From positions 3,448-67,447 of the forward strand of contig JAAXTX010000003.1 in NCBI GenBank assembly GCA_013336285.1: a stretch of 64,000 nucleotides of DNA. The letters run 5' to 3'. Both the position numbers and the translations under genes were made by a program. Source of the stretch: Candidatus Moraniibacteriota bacterium (lineage in GTDB: Bacteria > Patescibacteriota > Minisyncoccia > Moranbacterales > UBA1568). Each line of letters begins with the position of its first letter. Positions within the stretch are counted from its first letter, which is position 1. Shown piece by piece: positions 39,323-49,587 of this stretch. Below the pieces are notes generated by a model, which was not told where the DNA came from, did not search any database, and saw only the letters and a program-made list of their open reading frames with translations.

Positions 39323-40654
39323 CTACGGCGCTAGCCGCTTCACGTCGCGCGGATACAGCACGGCTTCCTTAATACTCCCCAAGGTGAGCATTTTCTGTAC
39401 GATTCGTTCGGAACCGAGCCCCCACCCCCCGTGCGGCGGTGCGCCGTACCTGAATATGTCGATATAATCGGAAAAATCCGACGGGTCGAGGCCGAACTTC
39501 CTTATATTTCCGGTTAGCATTTCGGCATCGTGAATTCTCTGACCACCCGAAGCGATCTCCACGCCCCTGAAAAGAAGATCGAACGTCTCGGTCGTCAAGG
39601 CATCGTCCGGACTCGGCATGCTGTAGAACGGTCGGAGACTCGTCGGATAATGCGTCAGGAACACGAGATCGGATCCATATTCCTTTTTCACATATTCGCA
39701 GATCATACGCTCCCCTTCGCTGTCGATGTCGTGGTTCTCCAATTCCTTCCCGTATTCCTTTCGAAGAATGTCCTCGGCGTCAGATAAACGGATACGCGGA
39801 ATCTCGACATCTCCCGGAACAGCTTCGCCATAGAGCGACAATTCCGCCTCGCATGATATCCCCACATTCCGGAAAATGTGCTTCATCGTCCGTTCTAGCT
39901 CGTCCATGACGTCCGTGACACCGTCGATGAATCCCATTTCCGCATCGAGTCCCGTGTACTCGTTCACATGTCGGGTCGTGAAATGAGGCTCGGCTCGGAA
40001 CACAGTCCCGATTTCGAACACGCGCTCGAACGCACTCATACCGGCCTGCTTGTAGAACTGCGGACTCTGTGCGAGAAACGCGTCTCGGTCGAAGTATTTG
40101 ATCTTGAAGAAATTCGCTCCGCCCTCGGTTGCCGAACCAAGAATCTTGGGGGTTTTGATTTCGACGAACTCCCCCGCGCGCATCGCCTCGTCGTACGAAC
40201 GTAGCACCTCGGAGTAGATTGAAAAAACCGCGCGAACCTTCACGTTGCGCAAGGCAATCGTCCGATTATTGAGCAGCGTGTCGAGATTGACCCCGAGATC
40301 CGTCTGTGACACGTCGATCGGAAGCTCCGTTTCCGGTTTCGCGATGATTCGAAGCTCCACGACTTCTATCTCCACTCCGCCGGTTTTCACGGCATCGTTT
40401 TGCATCTTCGCTGGTCGCTCCTTCACCAGGCCGTCAACCTCGATCAGGAATTCACTCCGGACATCCTTCGCCGCCTCGATCGCTCCAGGATTATCAGGAA
40501 GTATGATCAACTGAACCTCTCCGGTCCGATCCCGCAAATCGATAAAGACCAGTTTCCCGTGATCGCGACGTATATCCACCCAGCCTTGCAACCGGACCGT
40601 CTCGCCCATGCAATCAGGAGTCTCCCGTATCAGTGTCCGCTTCTTGGATTCCAT
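39323..40654 (-). CDS. aspS: Aspartate--tRNA(Asp/Asn) ligase, archaeal-type (probably non-discriminating)
   Basis: OB fold RDHGKLVFIDLRD, ATEGGA, LAQSPQFYKQ, FRAE, GAPPHGGWGLG, YPRD; no bacterial insertion domain. Confidence 0.92.
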   Translation of the reverse strand: MESKKRTLIRETPDCMGETVRLQGWVDIRRDHGKLVFIDLRDRTGEVQLIILPDNPGAIEAAKDVRSEFLIEVDGLVKERPAKMQNDAVKTGGVEIEVVELRIIAKPETELPIDVSQTDLGVNLDTLLNNRTIALRNVKVRAVFSIYSEVLRSYDEAMRAGEFVEIKTPKILGSATEGGANFFKIKYFDRDAFLAQSPQFYKQAGMSAFERVFEIGTVFRAEPHFTTRHVNEYTGLDAEMGFIDGVTDVMDELERTMKHIFRNVGISCEAELSLYGEAVPGDVEIPRIRLSDAEDILRKEYGKELENHDIDSEGERMICEYVKKEYGSDLVFLTHYPTSLRPFYSMPSPDDALTTETFDLLFRGVEIASGGQRIHDAEMLTGNIRKFGLDPSDFSDYIDIFRYGAPPHGGWGLGSERIVQKMLTLGSIKEAVLYPRDVKRLAP

Positions 40655-40663
40655 ATTCCTTTA

Positions 40664-41503
40664 TTATTCGCTCTTATCGGCACTTTTCTTTCGGTCATCC
40701 AGAAATTCGCTTACCGCCCGGGCAAGTTCGCTCGGAGTTATCTCGGTCTTCAGATAGATACGATCGATACCCGGTTCTTCGGCGATTTCCCGTATCCGAT
40801 CCTCATCGACCGAGGCCGAAAGGAGGAATATCGGCACGTCTTTCCGATCCTCAATACCATGAAGACGACTCACGATTTCCTGACCGTCGATACCCGGCAT
40901 CATGATATCGGAAATGATAAGGTCGAAGAGAGTCTCGGTCGCGGCGCTGAGTCCGGCCGAGCCGTTCTTCTCGAAAGTGACATCGTAACCTTCTTCCCGA
41001 AGGCGTCTGCCGAACATCTCGATGAAGACCTCCTCATCTTCGATAAACAGTATCTTTCCGCGACCTTGTTGGGCGGTTTCAGCGGAATCGGCATCTCGAA
41101 TCCCCTTGTTCCGTTTCCGTTCCTCGAATTGCCGAAGGAACCGCTTGATTTCTTCCACGACCTCAGACGGCGAGAATTCTGTCTTGGAAATGAAACCGTC
41201 AGCTCCGAGCTTGAGACATTCTTCCCTGTCCTCGTTGCTGCTGAGATTGCTGAAAACGACGATCCTGAGATCCTGATCGTATTCCGGATTTGTCCGGAGT
41301 TCTTTCAATACCTCCTTACCGCTCATTTCAGGTATGACAAGATCAAGCAGGATGAGATCGAACGAATTCTCTTTCACCGCCTTAAGTACCGCCTTCCCGG
41401 TAGTGACGTTCAAGGCATCCAATCCGGATGTCTCGAACTTTTTCTTGTAGATTTCAGCTATGAACAGATCGTCCTCGACGAACAATATTTTCGGCATACA
41501 CAA
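40664..41503 (-). CDS. Response regulator with two tandem REC domains and no output domain
   Basis: KILFVEDD..LLDLVIP..K and KILFIEDE..ISDIMMP..K. Confidence 0.9.
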   Translation of the reverse strand: MCMPKILFVEDDLFIAEIYKKKFETSGLDALNVTTGKAVLKAVKENSFDLILLDLVIPEMSGKEVLKELRTNPEYDQDLRIVVFSNLSSNEDREECLKLGADGFISKTEFSPSEVVEEIKRFLRQFEERKRNKGIRDADSAETAQQGRGKILFIEDEEVFIEMFGRRLREEGYDVTFEKNGSAGLSAATETLFDLIISDIMMPGIDGQEIVSRLHGIEDRKDVPIFLLSASVDEDRIREIAEEPGIDRIYLKTEITPSELARAVSEFLDDRKKSADKSE

Positions 41504-41592
41504 TAAAGAGAGGATGAAAAACGACGTCTCAACTATACCCTGTAAATTCGCTCAAGGCAAGAAAAAAGACGGGTGAAACGATCAGGAGCTAC

Positions 41593-43308
41593 CTATCTCA
41601 TCGCACGGTCGTTTACCAATTTTGGATTCCGGAAAGGAAGTTCGATGATGAATCGTGACCCCTTTTTGAAACCGTCCGATTCGGCCCAAATGCGTCCGCC
41701 ATGAGCCTCTACGAAGTTCTTGCCGACATAGAGGCCAAGACCTGTCCCCGCGACGGAAACCTTTGTGGATTCCTCGCTTCGGACGAACTTCCGGAACAGG
41801 TTTTCCCGCTCGTCCTCACGTATACCGATACCCGTATCGCTCACGATGACCCGTGCCACGGACGAATTCGACTCGACAGAAACGGTTACGCCGCCCTTCT
41901 GTGTATATTTAATCGCGTTGTCGATAAGGTTCGCCACCGCCTCGCGAATCCTGGCGGCATCCAGATTGAGTTCCGACAACGGCTTCCTCGGAAGATGTAT
42001 GTCGAGTTCGAGACCATGATCCTTGGCAAGCGGAAGAAACATGTCCGTCACGTCCTTCACGAGAGTTTCCAAACGCACCGGCTCGAAACGGTACTGCACG
42101 CGCCCCGTCTCGATACGCGACACGTTCAGCAGATCCTCTACGAGTTTGATCAGGTTTCCGTTTGCGGCATTTATCTTCTCGAGCACATCGTGGACCTCGG
42201 CAGACACCGGGCCGTACGAACCCTCAAGCACGAGCGAGAGGTATCCCTTGATCGCCGTCAGCGGCGTGCGTAACTGGTGCGAGGCGATGGAAATGAACTC
42301 CGACTTCGTATTGTCAAGTTCCTTCAGCCGTTCGTTCGCCATCGCAAGGGAGTTTGAAATCTTCTGTAGCTGGTCTTTCCGTACTATTTCCTTTCTTACG
42401 GAGTTGATCAGTATCCACCCGAAAAATGCCGATGCGACAAGCGTCAATCCGGTCAGAACCTTGTTCGTCGTATTCTGGATAAAGAAGAATTGGGAGGCGA
42501 TAAGCGCCACCAGAGCCACTACCAAAGCCTGGGCAGCCAGTAGCTTTATATTGAAAGCCTCGTAACGGACGATCAGATAAGCGAGAAAGCCCGTAAAGAC
42601 CGGCATTCCGAAAAGACCATACTGCAAGATTTTCCAATTATCCGGATTTTCAGGATTGACGATGGCAGCCAGACTTCCGGCAATATTTACGCCCGAAAAC
42701 GATACGAGAAAAAGAAGAATGCCGATTGAAAAAAGCACGATTTGTTCTCTATTCCCCCTTTTCACCTGTACAACTTTCTTTATCAGATATGCCAAAGTCA
42801 CCGTAAAGAAGAGGATTTCAAGCACATAAAAATAATTCACCATCACCCCCTGTTCCGCTTCACATGAAACCGTATTGAATCCGGCTATGTTAAAGGCGGT
42901 GGGAAGTAAGACCACGTACGGAAGGAACAAGGATGAAAATAGGATCTTCACCTTGAAGGAAATGTCCTTCTTTTCTATAAAAACAAAGGCAAAATATGCC
43001 GTCAGAACCGTCACCAAATTTTCCGTCAGGTTTATTATGGACCAGAAAAAAATGGTAGCCCGACTATCGACGCTTGTCCATAAAAAAATATCGAACAGCG
43101 ACCAAAAGGAGAACAACACGGAAATAAGAAAAAAAAGCTGACTCGCGCGATTCCTTCGGCTGTGAAAAAAAATAAAAAAACCGAACAGAAACGACACCAG
43201 GGCCGTCGGTATATGAGAATAGTAGATGAAATTCAAATAATTCAGGTCTTTATTTGCTTGCAATATCATCGTACAACTCTGTAAGTAAGTGACGAGGTTG
43301 AACTCCAT
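41593..43308 (-). CDS. Sensor histidine kinase with HisKA_7TM-like membrane domain
   Basis: Multi-TM N-terminus; H-box ASHQLRTPL, N-box NLIDNAIKY, DTGIG, GTGLGL. Confidence 0.93.
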   Translation of the reverse strand: MEFNLVTYLQSCTMILQANKDLNYLNFIYYSHIPTALVSFLFGFFIFFHSRRNRASQLFFLISVLFSFWSLFDIFLWTSVDSRATIFFWSIINLTENLVTVLTAYFAFVFIEKKDISFKVKILFSSLFLPYVVLLPTAFNIAGFNTVSCEAEQGVMVNYFYVLEILFFTVTLAYLIKKVVQVKRGNREQIVLFSIGILLFLVSFSGVNIAGSLAAIVNPENPDNWKILQYGLFGMPVFTGFLAYLIVRYEAFNIKLLAAQALVVALVALIASQFFFIQNTTNKVLTGLTLVASAFFGWILINSVRKEIVRKDQLQKISNSLAMANERLKELDNTKSEFISIASHQLRTPLTAIKGYLSLVLEGSYGPVSAEVHDVLEKINAANGNLIKLVEDLLNVSRIETGRVQYRFEPVRLETLVKDVTDMFLPLAKDHGLELDIHLPRKPLSELNLDAARIREAVANLIDNAIKYTQKGGVTVSVESNSSVARVIVSDTGIGIREDERENLFRKFVRSEESTKVSVAGTGLGLYVGKNFVEAHGGRIWAESDGFKKGSRFIIELPFRNPKLVNDRAMR

Positions 43309-43318
43309 ACTCTTGTTT

Positions 43319-44119
43319 TCAGTTTGTCTTCGTATGTATTATATCATTTATCCTATTTTCTACTATCTCTGGATAATATCTCCAATATACGTCCTCTTCC
43401 GATTCCGAAGGAACCAGACGGACAATCAATGGTTTCAGACCGACTGATTCAACGATATTCTTAAATGCCGGCAATAATATATCCGAGGTAAGGCAACCAT
43501 AAGCTTCTTTGAGGAGATAATTTTCAAACAGGATACCGTGGCAAACGAACAGGGTGATGTAGTAAGAATAGTACTTGCTCGCAATACCGCCGTTCCTTTC
43601 GTAATTTCCGGATATGTCACATGTATCAATGGACGGAATGATCATCTCACGAACGCGATCATGAAAATCAATGAATCCCTCCCCCCACAATGTCCGTATA
43701 TCAATCAAGAACTTACCGTCGAACCTATCTATGTCTATCGCCTTTAGCGAACTTAACTTTCTCCCGCCGTTTTTGCCGATGCCATTTAAAAAATACATTT
43801 TCGCGAGATAGTATTTGTCCTCATTCTTCGTGACGAATTTATCATTATTGTATTTGAAAAAAGCTGGCCGTATCCCAATATCTTTTGTCATTTCGACGAA
43901 ATGCAAGGTCTCGAAATTCGGACTCGGAATCTGTCTTGACAGGATAGCCCTCGGGGCTTCCCTCATCACATCCGGAATATCCCCACCAAGCAGCCCGATA
44001 ACCCTTTCACGCAATTGTTTATCGTTCCATCTCCTCCATATCTCTTCCTTCGCCTCTTCAAGGGGCGTATATATCTCGTCCAGCTCATTTCTCAACTCTC
44101 GCTCCCTGGTATCATGCAT
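43319..44119 (-). CDS. Soluble hypothetical protein (about 266 aa), possibly an enzyme
   Basis: Globular alpha/beta-like sequence with RQIPSPNFE, DKFVTKNEDK, HGILFENY; ends 10 nt before the kinase start. Confidence 0.8.
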   Translation of the reverse strand: MHDTRERELRNELDEIYTPLEEAKEEIWRRWNDKQLRERVIGLLGGDIPDVMREAPRAILSRQIPSPNFETLHFVEMTKDIGIRPAFFKYNNDKFVTKNEDKYYLAKMYFLNGIGKNGGRKLSSLKAIDIDRFDGKFLIDIRTLWGEGFIDFHDRVREMIIPSIDTCDISGNYERNGGIASKYYSYYITLFVCHGILFENYLLKEAYGCLTSDILLPAFKNIVESVGLKPLIVRLVPSESEEDVYWRYYPEIVENRINDIIHTKTN

Positions 44120-44157
44120 ATCCGTTGTATAAGAGTGATCGCGAAAATCAAACGCCA

Positions 44158-45165
44158 TTACGAAGTCATGATAAAAACACCGAAGGCCATAATGACCGTG
44201 GCAAGCGCCTTCATCCATATTCCCTTTGTCTGTTCCGAATATATCCTGCGAAACATTTCCGCTTTTCCTACAAAAACGAACCTCGAACCGGCTACGATTA
44301 TCAGGCTATACAGCATGATGAACACCGGACCGAAGGTCTCGATAACGGCCACATAGGAAACTGACGGTGCAGTTCCTATGGCCCGCTGCAATGCCAGGTT
44401 TCCGAGGAAATACAGACCCTCGCCGAGGAAAAACACCTTATAATATTTCCGGATGGTTGAAAAAGGATTTCTCATCGAATAAAAAGAGAATAGCAGCCCC
44501 CCACTGAACGCACCGAGGCTGAAAAACAGGAATCCCATCCAGAATCCCTTTTCCCCATACGTATCCGCAAGCAGGCCGTAGGCACGATTCTCGATTATCA
44601 TACTGAGCGACAAGAAAAGGACGGCTCCGAGCATGATAGAAAAATATTTTCCTGAGAACCGCTTCCTCAGGTATGAACTGCCGGAAAGTACCGCCGCGCC
44701 CGACAACGTGACGGCCATCCCGACATATCCCATAAGGGGTAAGGTCTCACGGAACATCAGGAAGGAAAGAATCGGAACCGTTACGACCGAGAAGTTCGCG
44801 ACCAACTGAAGGAACGGTGCGTCGTTATAACTGAAAAGCGCTTTGAAGTAGAAATAAATACCGAGCGCGTATACGACTCCGCCCGCGAGAGAGAGAATAA
44901 AAACGGCATTCAGACCTAATACTTGGCCGAGAACACCGGTCTGAAAAAAATCCGTCGGCTTGAGTCCAACGAGAAAGATGAGAAACGGCCATGGAACGAT
45001 CTGGAACAATCCGGATATGATCGCTCCGTCCAGGGCGTCCTTGTATATACCATCCACGAAATAGACATCGATCACGTTCACCAGCGACCAAAATACCGGC
45101 GCCATGAAAGCGATAAGTAACCAATGGCTCCCGAAAAAAGTTAGGACATCATCCGCGAAATGCAT
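44158..45165 (-). CDS. EamA/DMT-family transporter
   Basis: About 10 TMs in two repeats; LSFLMFRETL, APSVSYVAVIE..PVF. Confidence 0.8.
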   Translation of the reverse strand: MHFADDVLTFFGSHWLLIAFMAPVFWSLVNVIDVYFVDGIYKDALDGAIISGLFQIVPWPFLIFLVGLKPTDFFQTGVLGQVLGLNAVFILSLAGGVVYALGIYFYFKALFSYNDAPFLQLVANFSVVTVPILSFLMFRETLPLMGYVGMAVTLSGAAVLSGSSYLRKRFSGKYFSIMLGAVLFLSLSMIIENRAYGLLADTYGEKGFWMGFLFFSLGAFSGGLLFSFYSMRNPFSTIRKYYKVFFLGEGLYFLGNLALQRAIGTAPSVSYVAVIETFGPVFIMLYSLIIVAGSRFVFVGKAEMFRRIYSEQTKGIWMKALATVIMAFGVFIMTS

Positions 45166-45189
45166 AAGATTGGCTATTCGTAATCCGTA

Positions 45190-45594
45190 TCAACCTATGT
45201 TTTCGGCCGGGTACCGTTTCCCTCGCTTCACGAAATGCTCCTCCACGTCACCGAGACCGAACCGCTCTTTGAAATACGCCGTTATAAAACCGCAATCCAT
45301 GCCGTTGCGACAGGTATAAGCATCCACAGACAGGAATCCCCTCGCTGGAAAGGTATGGATACTGATATGGCTCTCAGCGATTACCACGAATCCGCTCCAT
45401 CCTCCTGGATCCTTCCCGTTATTTCCTGGAGCGAAGTAGACTTCGGGATCGGACAGTTTCGTCATTCCGAGCCGCCCAGGAAGATCGTTCAGGATGCTTA
45501 AGACCAATTCCCTGTCACTCAGTTTCTTAGAATCCCCTCCGTATCCGTCTAACATGAGATGTTCCCCGAAATGACAGGAATCGGACTCTTTCAT
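45190..45594 (-). CDS. speD: S-adenosylmethionine decarboxylase proenzyme (pyruvoyl-dependent, class 1B)
   Basis: GEHLMLDGYG, GGWSGFVVIAESHISIHTFP (E-S cleavage site), DAYTC. Confidence 0.9.
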   Translation of the reverse strand: MKESDSCHFGEHLMLDGYGGDSKKLSDRELVLSILNDLPGRLGMTKLSDPEVYFAPGNNGKDPGGWSGFVVIAESHISIHTFPARGFLSVDAYTCRNGMDCGFITAYFKERFGLGDVEEHFVKRGKRYPAENIG

Positions 45595-45680
45595 ACTCGT
45601 ATAAAAATTCCGAAATTAAATTATAACACGAAACAATACACATGTCAATTTTCGACATGTGGGAAAATCCTCATTCCGAA

Positions 45681-46226
45681 CTAGGAACCTGTCGGGCTCT
45701 CCGTATTGACGAAATCGACCGGAACACCCGATCCGGATACCGCGGGGCCGTCGGCCTCCGGCGTGCAGGGCGTATCGTCGCCACAAACCGGGGCTTCCAA
45801 CGACTCCTCACCGCTGTCAGTCTGAGCTCCCGTTTCCGCCTCGTCTTTCAGGTATTGCTCGGGGTCGTTGCAGGTGTCCCCCTCGGAAACGATCGAGTCA
45901 TCGCAATAAGTCACTTCACAATCCATTCCCATAACACAGTCAAGGGCACGACACCGCGGGTCATTCGGATCGCAGAGCGAGATGATATTCGCCCTTTTCC
46001 TGACATTCTTATAGTAAGTCACCGCCTGTGACTCGTCCGCCGGACATTCGCCGTCCACATCAAGACTGCACGTATGTACGAAACATTTTTCCGAAGCGGG
46101 GTCACAGTCGGCCTGCGCGCTGATGTCATAATCCAACGCGACGTAATATCGCAGATATGTCACAGTCACCGCACCCGCCATCAACAGGAAGAATAACCAA
46201 AACAACACCTTCGATTTATAGTCCAT
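45681..46226 (-). CDS. Membrane-anchored Cys-rich acidic protein
   Basis: Single N-terminal TM, many Cys, acidic tail. Confidence 0.75.
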   Translation of the reverse strand: MDYKSKVLFWLFFLLMAGAVTVTYLRYYVALDYDISAQADCDPASEKCFVHTCSLDVDGECPADESQAVTYYKNVRKRANIISLCDPNDPRCRALDCVMGMDCEVTYCDDSIVSEGDTCNDPEQYLKDEAETGAQTDSGEESLEAPVCGDDTPCTPEADGPAVSGSGVPVDFVNTESPTGS

Positions 46227-46317
46227 AGCGCATATTCGGATGTTGATCCAAGTATATCACACGAAAGTCCCGTATCAAAAAGAACCGCGTCAGACTTTAT
46301 CCTTCCGAACCCAATAT

Positions 46318-47496
46318 TCATCGACGTCCTGAAGGATTCACCGAAGAAAACGATTCCCTCACGCGCCTTGCGGCAGTGTCCCACGAGAATCGTTTCGCGC
46401 GCTCCGTGCCTTTTTTTGAGAGACAGTCCGCGAGTTTACGATCAAGAAGTACCGCCTCGAGTGCGCGAAAAATCTCGTCGGGACGATGCGGATCAATCAT
46501 CATTCCGGCATCTCCCACGACCTCCGGAAGGGAAGAAGAATTGGAGGCGATGACCGGCGTGCCGCAGGCGAGCGCCTCAAGGGCCGGGAATCCGAACCCC
46601 TCATAGAAAGAAGGGTATACGAAGACGCTCGCGAGATTGTAAAACACGGCCTTATCCGCATCGTCGACGAATCCAGGCATCATGATATTGCCCCCGAACG
46701 GCGAGTGTTCGATCGTTTTCCGGATCCCTTCTTCCTTCCATCCGGATACTCCGGCCAGAACGAGAGTGAGTTTCTCGAGCTTCGGATGACGTGCCCTCTT
46801 CAGAGTCTCGAACGCATGGACGAGCGACTCGATATTCTTACGCGGTTCGAACGCGCCGAGATACAGGATAAAGCGAAACGGAAGATCGTATCGCTCCTGC
46901 ACCGAGAGCATCTTCGGGTCGTTCCGGTCGTATTCGCGGAACCGTTTATCGACACCGCTCGATATGACCGTTATACGATCCTTCAGGATACCATATCGCG
47001 ATATCAGGTCGTCCCTGGTCGATTTCGAAACGGCGAAGACATGATGCGCCCGACGGAACAACCTGTTCGAATCAACGAGAAAGTGCCAGATCCGCTGCTT
47101 CAACGAGAACGTCCCCGGACAGAGCTCGAACGAAAGATCATGTGCGGTAACAAAGAGTCTCGTCTTCCCGGACACGGCACAGAAATTTATATTGGGCATG
47201 AAAAATATATCGGCCCCGCCGACGAGACGATCGAGCTTAGGATACCGAAAATACCACAAAGACAGGTTAAGTAACTTATTCGGAATGCGGAAGCGCAGTA
47301 TCGTAACGTTAGGAAAACCCTCGGCCCAGGTCAGGTCGATTTTCTCGTTTCGCCACTCGTTCAGAAACAACACGAACTCATCCTCCGTATCGATCCGAAA
47401 GAGCGAAGAAAGCAAAGAGACCGCGTATTCTTCAACCCCGCTTCGACGCCCGCTTGCCAGGCACCGAAGATCGACTCCGATCCGCATACGTTTCAC
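46318..47496 (-). CDS. GT4 glycosyltransferase
   Basis: SGVEEY, TAHDL, EPRKN, YPSFYEGFGFPALEA. Confidence 0.92.
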   Translation of the reverse strand: MKRMRIGVDLRCLASGRRSGVEEYAVSLLSSLFRIDTEDEFVLFLNEWRNEKIDLTWAEGFPNVTILRFRIPNKLLNLSLWYFRYPKLDRLVGGADIFFMPNINFCAVSGKTRLFVTAHDLSFELCPGTFSLKQRIWHFLVDSNRLFRRAHHVFAVSKSTRDDLISRYGILKDRITVISSGVDKRFREYDRNDPKMLSVQERYDLPFRFILYLGAFEPRKNIESLVHAFETLKRARHPKLEKLTLVLAGVSGWKEEGIRKTIEHSPFGGNIMMPGFVDDADKAVFYNLASVFVYPSFYEGFGFPALEALACGTPVIASNSSSLPEVVGDAGMMIDPHRPDEIFRALEAVLLDRKLADCLSKKGTERAKRFSWDTAARRVRESFSSVNPSGRR

Positions 47497-47593
47497 TACG
47501 GCAACCCCTCCGGAGACCGCTTCCTTATCGGCGAATTATCCATCGGTAACCGCTTCAAATCCCGTGTCGGACCGCGTAACGGATTTCGGACGG

Positions 47594-48211
47594 TTAGTCG
47601 GTTTTCTTTCCCTGAAAATACCATACCAAAAGCACGGCCCAGAACCCGAAGAACATTCCGAGCGCCGCACCGAACGGAATCATGATCTTTGCCGATATTC
47701 GCGCATCGCGCAAGACGGGCGCATCCGACATGACGACGAACCAGTCGGTGTCGTTCGAAAGCGCGTTCAGTTTCGCCGTCTCGGCATTGAGCATATCGGG
47801 AACGGCACGCGCCATATCGCCAAATCCCGCCCTGTCCCGAGAAAAATACGTCACTGCGATCATCTGTGACGACAGGCGCTTCGCCACGATCGAATCCGCG
47901 ACGGACTGCGATACGACGGCAGTGGAACGGATATCGCTCCGGACGGACGGTGCCGCTAGCCACCGAACCACCGTATCGGCGAACCGCTCATCGGCCTGAA
48001 GCCGATAAAACTGGTCATAGGCATAATCAGAAGTGGTTCGTGTTCCCGACCGGGATACGTTCAGGGTGAGACTCGTCTCGAACCTGGACGGTTGAAACAG
48101 AAATGCGACCAGCGATAAGAAAATGAAACCCGACAAAACCGAGAAAAACAGTTTCCATTGTCGGACAAATATCATGCAAAAGTCTCGAAACTCCATAAAT
48201 TCAGTAAACAT
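47594..48211 (-). CDS. Wzz/CapA-like chain-length determinant
   Basis: Two terminal TMs flanking a soluble loop, QPSRFETS after TM1; glycan locus context. Confidence 0.65.
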   Translation of the reverse strand: MFTEFMEFRDFCMIFVRQWKLFFSVLSGFIFLSLVAFLFQPSRFETSLTLNVSRSGTRTTSDYAYDQFYRLQADERFADTVVRWLAAPSVRSDIRSTAVVSQSVADSIVAKRLSSQMIAVTYFSRDRAGFGDMARAVPDMLNAETAKLNALSNDTDWFVVMSDAPVLRDARISAKIMIPFGAALGMFFGFWAVLLVWYFQGKKTD

Positions 48212-48259
48212 TCAACAAATAACGGCTGACAAATCCCGTACAAACTTTTTGTTTCTTGT

Positions 48260-48334
48260 TTCCGCTCCCTGTCCGCCGTTATCCGCTTTCTACTATCCGT
48301 TATCTGTTATCTGTCGTCCGCTATCCGTCATCCG
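48260..48334. repeat. Degenerate 7-bp tandem repeat
   Basis: CTATCCG TTATCTG TTATCTG TCGTCCG CTATCCG TCATCCG at 48293-48334, with decayed units upstream. Confidence 0.75.
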
Positions 48335-49423
48335 TTTATCGGCCAGAGCCGTTCCGACATACTCCCTTATTGTCGTCATAAATACCTCCTTGTCAAACGG
48401 GATGGCCTTTTCCCTGATCCGTTCCGGATCGAAGCCGGAATCATCAAACCGCGAGACGGCTTCCATGACCGCCTCCGGGGTCTGCTCATCGAAGAACATT
48501 CCCGACACGCCTTCCTCTATACGTTCCTCGATGTCGCCTCCCCGATATGCGATTACCGGCCGGCCCGACGCGAGCGCCTCCATCGCGACGATACCGAAAT
48601 CCTCTTCCTGTGGAAAGATGAACGCCCGACACTCGGCATAGTGCCGTGATAATTCCCCATCGGGCACCCGACCCAGAAACTCGATGTTCGGGCCCGCCAT
48701 CTTTTTTAGCCGTTTCAGTTCCGGTCCCCGACCGGCGATCTTGAGCGGAATGCCGAGACGGGTGAACGCTTCGACCGCGATATCGAACCGCTTGTACGCG
48801 ATAAGCCGACCGACCATGAGGAAATAATCGCCGCGGGTATCCGAGACATGAAATCTACGCGTATCGACCGGCGGTGGGATGACCCGCGCTTCGCGACCGT
48901 AATACTTCCGGATTCGTCGGGCGACGAATCCGGAGTTCGCCAATATGAGATCCGGGCGATCCGCACTCGCACGATCCCACAGCCGGAGCGGATTCATGAA
49001 AAAAGGCACGATACGACGGATCATTCTCGGGAATCCGAAGTCCTCGGTATATTTTTGGCAGTCGTCCCACGCGTACCGCATCGGCGTATGGATATAGGAG
49101 ATATGCAACGTGTCCGGGCCGGTAAGCACGCCTTTGGCGAAACTCGCCGAATCCGACAACACGACATCGTATCCCGACAGGTCGAACTCTTCGATCGCCC
49201 CGGGCATCAGGAGCGGAAAAATGCGATGCGCCCGCCGGACTCCGGGTATCCGCTGAAGGAACGACGTATGGATTCTGGCATCGTCGAACAGCCCGTGAAC
49301 GGATTCGCGATCATGAATGAGCGTATAGATCGGTGCCTCGGGATAGACTTCGCGGAACGCCTGAAGTACGCCCTCCGCTCCCCCGTACTGCACCAGATAG
49401 TCATGGACCAGGGCGATTTTCAT
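48293..49423 (-). CDS. GT4 glycosyltransferase (WbaZ-like mannosyltransferase)
   Basis: ALVHDYL..GGAE, HTPMRYAWD, EEDFGIVAMEA. Confidence 0.92.
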   Translation of the reverse strand: MKIALVHDYLVQYGGAEGVLQAFREVYPEAPIYTLIHDRESVHGLFDDARIHTSFLQRIPGVRRAHRIFPLLMPGAIEEFDLSGYDVVLSDSASFAKGVLTGPDTLHISYIHTPMRYAWDDCQKYTEDFGFPRMIRRIVPFFMNPLRLWDRASADRPDLILANSGFVARRIRKYYGREARVIPPPVDTRRFHVSDTRGDYFLMVGRLIAYKRFDIAVEAFTRLGIPLKIAGRGPELKRLKKMAGPNIEFLGRVPDGELSRHYAECRAFIFPQEEDFGIVAMEALASGRPVIAYRGGDIEERIEEGVSGMFFDEQTPEAVMEAVSRFDDSGFDPERIREKAIPFDKEVFMTTIREYVGTALADKRMTDSGRQITDNG

Positions 49424-49587
49424 GGAAAAGGTCGGATGAATCCTATCGGATACAGTATATCAGAAAATAATCATATCGGCCGGTTCAAACAGAATCATTA
49501 CTCTTCGTATTGCATACTATTGACAATTTGAAGAAATGGTGCATCATTATTATAGATTTCTTAATAAACATACAAAAGGATGATGCC

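Noticed and set aside
36032-40654. Archaeal-type pyrH and aspS as recent horizontal transfer
   Set aside because: These forms are, to my knowledge, common in CPR bacteria, and their composition looks like the surrounding core genes.
40400-41506. Long antisense ORFs (e.g. 40400-41506, 56280-57398, 59358-60440)
   Set aside because: They are shadows of well-supported genes on the opposite strand and carry no recognisable motifs.
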